Source of the DNA: Pseudomonadota bacterium
GTDB taxonomy: Bacteria > Pseudomonadota > Gammaproteobacteria > Chromatiales > Chromatiaceae
Direction of reading: 5' to 3'
Assembly (NCBI GenBank): GCA_037130945.1
Contig: JBAXSA010000001.1
Coordinates: 1 to 34,103 of the forward strand
Length of the DNA: 34,103 nt
The position numbers were made by a program, and so were the translations under genes. Below the pieces are notes generated by a model. The model was given only the letters and a program-made list of their open reading frames with translations. It did no database searches and was not told the DNA's origin. Positions within the stretch are counted from its first letter, which is position 1. Each line of letters begins with the position of its first letter. Of the stretch, positions 27,842-34,103 are shown in pieces.

Positions 27842-29464
27842 ATGGCCAAAGCTGAAAAGAAAAAATTGTCCAAGGGTAAAGACAAGGGCACGGAGTCCCC
27901 TCCGGACAAGGGGGCTTCGACCAAGCGGCGCGCCGAAAAGCACGAGCTGGCCCACAAGCTGATCCTGCGCACCACCCGGCTGGCCGACTATGCTGATGTC
28001 AAGGAGATCATGGATTGTGTGTATGCCGACCTGGGGGGTGCCTGGACTGAAGAGCAATTCGCCTCGCAGATCGCCCGCTTTCCCGAGGGACAGTTGTGCA
28101 TCGAGGACAATGGCAAGGTGGTGGCTGCGGCGATCAGCCTGATCGTTGACTATCAACGCTGGGGCGACAAGCATACCTATAAGGAAATTACCGGCAACGG
28201 CTATCTCATCACCCATGACCCCAACGGCGATACGCTCTATGGGGCGGATATCTTCGTCCATCCCGACTACCGCGACATGCGTCTCGGCCGACGCCTATAC
28301 GATGCCCGCAAGGAACTCTGCGAACGCATGAATCTGCGCGCCATGGTCGCCGGCGGGCGTATTCCGGGCTATCAGAGGTACGCCAAAAAACTCACGCCAC
28401 TGCAATATATCGAGCAGATCAAGAATAAGGAACTCTACGATCCCATCCTGTCGTTTCAGCTCGCCAACGATTTTCATGTCCGCAAGATCATTACCGACTA
28501 CGAACCCAACGACCAGGATTCCCGCGCCTACGCGACGCTCCTGGAATGGATCAACATCTATTACGAGGAAAAGCAGAAACCGCTCGGTACCGCTAAAACG
28601 GTGGTTCGTGTCGGTGCGGTACAGTGGCAGATGCGGGCGGTCAACTCGTTTGCCGAGTTTCGTCAGCAGATTGAGTATTTTGTCGACGCGGTGGCCGGCT
28701 ACAAGGCCGATTTCTGTCTGTTTCCGGAGTTCTTCGCCGCGCCTCTGATGGCTCAGTTCAAGCAAAGCAGTGCCGCGCAAAGCATCCGGGATCTGTCCAG
28801 CTATTCCGAACAGATTCGCGACGAGTTGATCCGTCTGGCACTCGCCTACAACATCAACATCATCGCCGGCAGTCTGCCAGAATACCGTGATAAAGCCCTC
28901 TACAATGTCTCTTTTTTATGTCGACGTGACGGCACCTGGGACGCCCAGTACAAACTCCACATCACCCCCGACGAAAAAGCCTACTGGGGAGTTCAGGGTG
29001 GTAACGAACTCAAGGTCTTCGACACCGATGTCGGCCGGATCGGCATTCTGATTTGCTACGATGTGGAGTTCCCCGAGCTGCCCCGGCTCCTTGCCGACCA
29101 GGGTATGACGGTGTTGTTCGTGCCCTACTGGACTGACACCAAGAACGCCTATCTGCGGGTACGTCGTTGTGCTCAGGCGCGTGCCATTGAAAACGAATGT
29201 TATGTGGTGATTACCGGCAGTGTCGGCAACCTGCCCAACGTCGAGAACATGGATATCCAGTACTCGCAGGCGGCCATTTTCACCCCCTCGGATTATGCCT
29301 TCCCACACGACGCCATTGCCGCCGAGGCCACCCCCAACACGGAGATGACCCTGATTGCTGACCTCGATGTTGAGGCACTGAAGGAGATGCGGGTTCAGGG
29401 CAGTGTGCGCAATCTCCGTGATCGCCGCCTGGATCTTTACCATCTGACCTGGGTTAAACGCTGA
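27842..29464 (+). CDS. GNAT N-acetyltransferase fused to a carbon-nitrogen hydrolase (nitrilase superfamily) domain
   Basis: 540 aa with a Lys-rich N-terminal tail. The GNAT core is around VHPDYRDMRLGRRLYDA. The C-terminal CN-hydrolase has the Glu (LFPEFF), Lys (YKLHITPDE) and Cys (GILICYDVEFPE) triad motifs. Confidence 0.8.
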   Translation: MAKAEKKKLSKGKDKGTESPPDKGASTKRRAEKHELAHKLILRTTRLADYADVKEIMDCVYADLGGAWTEEQFASQIARFPEGQLCIEDNGKVVAAAISLIVDYQRWGDKHTYKEITGNGYLITHDPNGDTLYGADIFVHPDYRDMRLGRRLYDARKELCERMNLRAMVAGGRIPGYQRYAKKLTPLQYIEQIKNKELYDPILSFQLANDFHVRKIITDYEPNDQDSRAYATLLEWINIYYEEKQKPLGTAKTVVRVGAVQWQMRAVNSFAEFRQQIEYFVDAVAGYKADFCLFPEFFAAPLMAQFKQSSAAQSIRDLSSYSEQIRDELIRLALAYNINIIAGSLPEYRDKALYNVSFLCRRDGTWDAQYKLHITPDEKAYWGVQGGNELKVFDTDVGRIGILICYDVEFPELPRLLADQGMTVLFVPYWTDTKNAYLRVRRCAQARAIENECYVVITGSVGNLPNVENMDIQYSQAAIFTPSDYAFPHDAIAAEATPNTEMTLIADLDVEALKEMRVQGSVRNLRDRRLDLYHLTWVKR

Positions 29465-29510
29465 AGTCTGTCTCTTATGCCTTTGTGCCAATACGCCATT
29501 ATTGGCGGAC

Positions 29511-29539
29511 TTGACAGGCATTCAGAGCGGGGGCAAAAT
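29511..29539 (+). promoter_or_regulatory. Candidate sigma70 promoter for the first islet gene
   Basis: Perfect -35 TTGACA (29511-29516), an exact 17-nt spacer, and -10 CAAAAT (29534-29539). Confidence 0.35.
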
Positions 29540-29620
29540 CCGGATGAGTGTCGTTTCCGCCCTGTCAGCTGTGGAACGATTTAACCCAAAAACCTTAATA
29601 TAACCACAAGGATAATGCTT

Positions 29621-30136
29621 ATGAAAACCGTAAAAAGCAAATTCGGAATTGCGATGGGTTGTGTGATGGGAATTTGTTCGCAAATTCCCACAGTCCAGGC
29701 TGCTTGCCCAACCATGTCGTCATCTGCGGAAGGAAACAACGGGAAGGCTTATGTGCAAGAGCCTGACAATGTGGGTACTTCGTGGCGGCTTTTTATCAGA
29801 CCGCGCAATGGGGCTTGTTTGGATGCCCCAGCGGTTGGTTATCAGTCGCCTTATGACACAAAGGGACAATCGAGTGGCAGCTCGAAAACAGAGTACGCTG
29901 ATCCTGGAAGCAAAAACTGCGACGATGGTTATAAAAGCTATGTCAGCGTTTCCATCCCCAAATCCAGTGCCATCTATGATACTTACGTCACCTATCAAAC
30001 AGCAACCACGGTTGGGTTTGAGTTAATGACTACAAAAAATCACTATAAGGGGGCATTCGCACTGATTCCAATGACGATGGCTGACGGAAATCCTGATCCG
30101 AATAATGCCAAAGTCGCAGGCATATGTTTCAACTAG
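29621..30136 (+). CDS. Small secreted hypothetical protein (low-GC islet gene 1)
   Basis: Signal peptide ending in VQA, and four Cys in the mature part. I recognise no family. SD AAGGA is 8 nt upstream of ATG 29621; ATG 29615 is too close to it. Confidence 0.6.
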   Translation: MKTVKSKFGIAMGCVMGICSQIPTVQAACPTMSSSAEGNNGKAYVQEPDNVGTSWRLFIRPRNGACLDAPAVGYQSPYDTKGQSSGSSKTEYADPGSKNCDDGYKSYVSVSIPKSSAIYDTYVTYQTATTVGFELMTTKNHYKGAFALIPMTMADGNPDPNNAKVAGICFN

Positions 30137-30221
30137 CCATATGGAAGGAAAATCAATCAATCAATGCCATACCCATGAGGAATTAAATACTATTGTCTTT
30201 GGTAGATTTTTAGTGCAGTAC

Positions 30222-30241
30222 CCACGCTACCAGTAGCGTGG
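30222..30241 (+). other. Stem-loop downstream of islet gene 1
   Basis: CCACGCTA-CCAG-TAGCGTGG forms a perfect 8-bp stem. No U-tract follows, so terminator function is uncertain. Confidence 0.3.
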
Positions 30242-30340
30242 TGTCACGCTTGGGAGTTATGTCACGACAACGCGGCAAGCCGCTAGAGAATATGACCCTG
30301 AGAAATTTGTAACGAATGTTTTTTGTCCTGGAGATAACCT

Positions 30341-30784
30341 ATGCGCAAATATCTTATTACTCTTCTGGTGTTGTTCAGTGCTAACGCCTTGGCGTTAAAT
30401 GCCTTTGACCCTGTAGCAAAAACGCTTACTATTGATTCCGTTACTAAAGACGGCATACGATACAATAATGTCGTTGTACAAATAACGGGGGTTGAGGTCG
30501 TTGATGTTGGAACAAGTGACCCCACGAAGGACGCCACTTGCCCGGAAATGTTTACCGTCGCCCAATATAACGCCATCAGCGTTGGCATGAGCTTGGCCAA
30601 GGTCGTTGACATCATTGGCTGCGGTCATGATATGGACGGTACCGAAACTTCGGATAACAATGTCTTACGCAGTTGGGAAACCTCCGGGGTCATTTATCGC
30701 GGTATTGCAGTTAACTTTGACGCGGTAACGGGTCTTGTGGCGCTTGCGTCGAATCACACCTTTAAGAAAAGAATCGCGTTTTGA
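30341..30784 (+). CDS. Small secreted hypothetical protein with a BLIP/BamE-like (DUF3862-like) C-terminal domain (low-GC islet gene 2)
   Basis: Signal peptide MRKYLITLLVLFSANALA. The C-terminal FTVAQYNAISVGMSLAKVVDIIGC...W...V.F pattern resembles the Y-x-x-I-x-x-GM-x-x-x-x-V-x-x-I-x-G fold motif. SD GGAG lies 7 nt upstream of ATG 30341. Confidence 0.6.
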   Translation: MRKYLITLLVLFSANALALNAFDPVAKTLTIDSVTKDGIRYNNVVVQITGVEVVDVGTSDPTKDATCPEMFTVAQYNAISVGMSLAKVVDIIGCGHDMDGTETSDNNVLRSWETSGVIYRGIAVNFDAVTGLVALASNHTFKKRIAF

Positions 30785-30932
30785 AGTATTGATCGCCCCT
30801 GGGAAACCGGGGGCATAGGTGCCAATAAGCGTCTTATGCGGGGAGGGCCGCGACCGCGATGGATAATTTGTCGTCGCGGTTCAGATTGAGGTAGAGGCTG
30901 ATTCTTGACGGGGCAATCGATGGGTAATGGGA

Positions 30933-30957
30933 AGCAATATTAAATATTGATATTGCT
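30933..30957. other. Nested AT-rich palindromes between the convergent gene ends
   Basis: AGCAATAT (30933-30940) pairs with ATATTGCT (30950-30957). The inner perfect palindrome is CAATATT-A-AATATTG (30935-30949). The structure lies 7 nt from the stop of the CZB gene. Confidence 0.3.
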
Positions 30958-30963
30958 GAGACA

Positions 30964-31320
30964 TCAAAATCCTGTTTCTTTCCGCAGTCTAATAATTGCA
31001 AGAATAAGACTGTTGGAAGCCAGCCAAAAAGATGTTTCTGAATTCATCATAATCAATGCTTCGTTATATTCTCTTGCATTTATTACTGAAGCAATTTTAG
31101 CGGCTTCAGTATGAAATTCAGAATGTTTTATTACACACTCTCTGTAGCAGGCAAGATGATCATACTTGGTTTTCGCTTCACCATGCAGCCATCTACCCAG
31201 CTCACAGCAGTTGTCCTTTGATATTGTTAGAACATCCAGTGGAAACTCATGCTTTGTAATGGCAAAACGAAATTTGGTTTTCCAGTCGGTGTGTGCTTGA
31301 ATTGCCGTATCTAAATTCAT
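30964..31320 (-). CDS. Standalone chemoreceptor zinc-binding (CZB) domain protein
   Basis: CZB 3His/1Cys signature: HTDW...CELGRWL...HSEFH. The SD-like AGGGAAGGG favours ATG 31320 over 31326 or 31383. GC content is markedly low. Confidence 0.75.
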   Translation of the reverse strand: MNLDTAIQAHTDWKTKFRFAITKHEFPLDVLTISKDNCCELGRWLHGEAKTKYDHLACYRECVIKHSEFHTEAAKIASVINAREYNEALIMMNSETSFWLASNSLILAIIRLRKETGF

Positions 31321-31343
31321 CGCCATCCCTTCCCTGCGCCAAT

Positions 31344-32141
31344 CTACATGGGTGGCCGTGATATTTGAATCAGATCCCGCCATTCAAGCACGGGAACAAC
31401 GCGATTCTCACCAAGAATCAGCAAGCTGCGAATCTTGGTCGGTACCCCCGCAAGGTGGCCCGGATTGCGAGTGATGCGATCCGCCGACACGGTGACGATG
31501 TCCGTCACGCGATCAACGCCCAACGCATAGCTTTGACACTCCCAATCGACGATGACAGCAATACGCCGCTGGAGATCCTGGGCGATTTGATAGCCTCTAT
31601 CGAAAAGTCCCAGTAATTCTTCCAGAACGGTATCGCGAGCCTCCGTGAATAAAGCGATCGCCCGCTCTTTGTGACCCTGATCAGAAAGTTCGAGAAGTTG
31701 ATTGGCAAGCCCATGAATACGGGCATGAGGGGATTCAAACATGGCGAGCAGGATCTCGAGTCGTCGATCCTGAGGGTGATAGCTGTAATACCATTGGCCG
31801 AAGGCACATTCGTAGGGGTTGCGTGCCCTAGTGAAGGGCACGCCTTGGAGTATCGAGACGTGCAAGGCGGACATCCAGTCCAGATGATCCTGTCGTCGCT
31901 GCGGGAATAAGGCCTGGAGCTGCAGGTATTCCTCGTATGCCGAGGTATGTTTGAGGATATCCCACAGAGAAAAATAGCTCAGTGGGGTCTTTTCAAAGAC
32001 ATAAAACTCCGCAACATCACGACCGCTGTACTGGAAATCCGTCGGCAACGGGGAGAGATGTCGGACTTCGTCAAGGAGCAGAGCGTATTCCTTGACGCCG
32101 ACATTGATCAGTAGCGTATGCAAATCTTGGTTTGGCAACAC
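31344..32141 (-). CDS. CheW-like domain protein with an internal CZB domain
   Basis: N-terminal LLINVGVKEYALLLDEVRHL and C-terminal RIAVIVDWECQSYALGVDRVTDIVTVSADRI...VVPVLEW align to the two halves of CheW. Between them lies the CZB signature HLDW...CAFGQWY...HARIH. The GTG start is uncertain. Confidence 0.65.
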   Translation of the reverse strand: MLPNQDLHTLLINVGVKEYALLLDEVRHLSPLPTDFQYSGRDVAEFYVFEKTPLSYFSLWDILKHTSAYEEYLQLQALFPQRRQDHLDWMSALHVSILQGVPFTRARNPYECAFGQWYYSYHPQDRRLEILLAMFESPHARIHGLANQLLELSDQGHKERAIALFTEARDTVLEELLGLFDRGYQIAQDLQRRIAVIVDWECQSYALGVDRVTDIVTVSADRITRNPGHLAGVPTKIRSLLILGENRVVPVLEWRDLIQISRPPM

Positions 32142-32210
32142 AAATGGAACCCTGTAAATGTAAATTTTAGGGACACGAACAAATCGGGCTACCCCATCAA
32201 GTCGGACACT

Positions 32211-34103
32211 TCAAGTATCCTCGCCGCGCACCAATTGCCGCAGTCTTCCCATCAAATCATCGCTCAACGTCTGTAGTTCCTTCATCCGTTCCAGGGCTTC
32301 CGAGGGTTGTCCCTGAGCATGGAGATCGACCAATTCCTGTCCCAGCAAATGCACATGATCATGAATGGCGACCATGACAGAGAAAATGGGGTGCTTGCCA
32401 TAACAGGCCTGGCCCTCGGTACTCTGCCAGCGGCCAAAGTAACATTTCTTGCCATCCATCGGTGGCAGAACATCCTGGTCACCCGCTAGGAATTTGCCCA
32501 TGGCACGAATCCAGTGCCGATGCTCCACTTCGGCGAACACCGCCAGTTCGCTCCGACTTCTGCCACAATCCCGCCAGGTCGTCCATGCCGCATCCGCACG
32601 CCAAGTCATGACCCAAGCGGGCAAGGCCACGGCCGGCATGGGGCGGGCTATGCCGTAGCCCTGCGCCAGCTGGCAGCCCAATGCCAACAGGAGTTCGCCA
32701 TGAGCGACTGTCTCCACACCCTCGGCAATCACCTGGCGGCGAAAAGCCGTAGCCAATCCCACCACACCCTTGACGATGGCCAAGTCATCCGGGTCGTCGA
32801 GCATATCGCGCACAAAGCTCTGGTCAATTTTGAGTACGTCCGCCGGCAGACGTCTCAAGTAGGTGAGCGAGGAATAGCCAGTTCCGAAGTCATCCAGCGC
32901 AAAACGTACGCCAATCTCACGGCAGACCCGCATGACCCGGGTGACCTGGGCCATGTCTTCCAGGGCGCTCGATTCCAGCACTTCCAGTTCAAGATAATCG
33001 GGCGATAGCGTGGGGTAAACCGCGAGTTTTTCACGCAGGTGTGTCGCGAAATCGCTCTGCTGGAGTTGGCAAGCCCCAATATTCACGCTCAACGAGAGAT
33101 CGAGTCCCTGCGCGCGCCATTCGACCAACTGGGCCAGCGCCGTATCGAGTACCCAGTCGCCCAGTTCTACGCTGAACGGATGGTTCTCGACGATGGGCAG
33201 AAAGGCGGCAGGTGATAGCAGGCCACGCTCTGGGTGTTGCCAGCGAATCAAGGCCTCGGCACCGATCACCCTGCCGGTTTTCATGTTTACCTTGGGCTGG
33301 TAATACAGTAGGAACTCATCCTGTTCGAGAGCCTGACGGATGCGATCCAGACTCCCCTGTTGCGTCTTCATTGCGGTATCCTGAGCCACGTCGAACAGGT
33401 GATAGCGGTTCTTGCCCGCCTGTTTGGCAATATACATGGCCTGGTCGGCGTGACGCAGCAATTGGTCGGCATCGGCGTCGTCGCGTGGGTAGAGGGTCAC
33501 GCCAATACTGGCGAAGACCTGCAACACCACGCCACTCATCATCACGGGGTTGGCAATGGCGCGTAACAGACGGGTGAGTACGGGCTCCCAATCTTGAGAC
33601 TGTTCCAGATCCACCAGCACGGCGACAAACTCGTCACCGCCAATGCGGGCCAGTGTGTCGCTGTCCCGCAACGCCTCTTTCATCTGATGCGAGACTGCGA
33701 TCAGGAGTTCGTCGCCAACGTCATGGCCATGGTGATCGTTTACTTCCTTGAAGCCGTCGAGGTCGAGATAGACCACCGCCAATGAGTGACCATGCCGCTG
33801 GCTCCCCGCCATGGCTTGCCGCAAACGATCAGCGAGTAGTACGCGGTTGGGAAGATGGGTGAGGGGATCGTAATGGGCGAGGTGTTCGAGCTGTTTCTGG
33901 TACTCCTTGACCAAGGTGATATCGGTCAGCAGGGCCACATAGTGTTGCGTCTTGCCATGGATATCGCGCACACCGCCAATGGTGATCATGGCCGCATACT
34001 CCTTGCCATCCTTGTGCCGGTTCCAGATCTCGCCAGACCAGTGGCCCCTGACGATCAGGTCGCGCCACATCGTGACATAAAACGTCGGCGGATGTTGGCT
34101 GGA
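32211..34103 (-). CDS. PAS-GGDEF-EAL-CZB signalling protein (5' end outside the window)
   Basis: The frame is open from 34070 to the window edge. The sequence shows a PAS C-terminal part (WSGEIWNRHKDG...DIT). It also has an intact GGDEF with an upstream RDSD (RxxD I-site position) and an intact EAL (GAEALIRW, DDFGTGYSS, KID). The C-terminal CZB signature is HRHW...CYFGRW...HDHVH. Confidence 0.85.
   Translation of the reverse strand, partial: SSQHPPTFYVTMWRDLIVRGHWSGEIWNRHKDGKEYAAMITIGGVRDIHGKTQHYVALLTDITLVKEYQKQLEHLAHYDPLTHLPNRVLLADRLRQAMAGSQRHGHSLAVVYLDLDGFKEVNDHHGHDVGDELLIAVSHQMKEALRDSDTLARIGGDEFVAVLVDLEQSQDWEPVLTRLLRAIANPVMMSGVVLQVFASIGVTLYPRDDADADQLLRHADQAMYIAKQAGKNRYHLFDVAQDTAMKTQQGSLDRIRQALEQDEFLLYYQPKVNMKTGRVIGAEALIRWQHPERGLLSPAAFLPIVENHPFSVELGDWVLDTALAQLVEWRAQGLDLSLSVNIGACQLQQSDFATHLREKLAVYPTLSPDYLELEVLESSALEDMAQVTRVMRVCREIGVRFALDDFGTGYSSLTYLRRLPADVLKIDQSFVRDMLDDPDDLAIVKGVVGLATAFRRQVIAEGVETVAHGELLLALGCQLAQGYGIARPMPAVALPAWVMTWRADAAWTTWRDCGRSRSELAVFAEVEHRHWIRAMGKFLAGDQDVLPPMDGKKCYFGRWQSTEGQACYGKHPIFSVMVAIHDHVHLLGQELVDLHAQGQPSEALERMKELQTLSDDLMGRLRQLVRGEDT

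Noticed and set aside
29468-29478. CTGTCTCTTAT, identical to the first 11 nt of the Tn5/IS50 mosaic end
   Set aside because: The match ends after 11 of 19 nt (CTGTCTCTTATgcctttgt versus CTGTCTCTTATACACATCT). There is no inverted partner and no transposase gene nearby. It is most likely coincidence, so I do not call it a mobile-element end or adapter remnant.
27554-29521. Minus-strand ORFs of 235, 161 and 201 aa opposite the GNAT-nitrilase gene
   Set aside because: The plus-strand ORF has clear GNAT and CN-hydrolase catalytic motifs. The antisense ORFs have no motifs and overlap it completely.
1-34103. CRISPR arrays, tRNA/rRNA genes, integrases, transposases, toxin-antitoxin pairs
   Set aside because: I saw no regularly spaced direct repeats and no cloverleaf-like or rRNA-like segments in the intergenic regions. 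No ORF has recombinase, transposase or typical TA motifs. The only accessory-looking segment (29.47-31.4 kb) lacks mobility genes.

Overview
This is a 34.1-kb window from a roughly 60% GC, gammaproteobacterium-like chromosome. Most of it is tightly packed housekeeping genes in synteny blocks familiar from pseudomonads and related orders: bpt, rluC-HAD-sppA, pyrF, ibpA, gloB, fimV-truA, ribF-ileS-lspA, moeB, dsbA, rpe-gph-sspB and carA-carB-greA. By eye I found no rRNA, tRNA, CRISPR array, integrase or transposase. Five things do not look like ordinary core genome. (1) An orphan NrdG-type radical-SAM activase is translationally coupled to a zinc-ribbon/FHA protein and followed by a DUF4124 protein, with no glycyl-radical partner nearby. 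(2) The right end holds three consecutive genes that each carry a chemoreceptor zinc-binding (CZB) domain: a standalone CZB, a CheW-like domain apparently split by a CZB insertion, and a PAS-GGDEF-EAL-CZB protein. (3) A low-GC islet at about 29.47-31.4 kb encodes two small secreted proteins of unknown function. (4) A full-length dnaA lies directly downstream of fimV-truA, with no dnaN, rpmH or DnaA-box cluster. (5) Two leader structures are readable from the sequence: a pyrBI-style leader-peptide/terminator attenuator in front of carA, and a sigma32-like promoter plus ROSE-like RNA thermometer in front of ibpA. All functional calls rest on motifs I recognise in the supplied translations. No database search was run.
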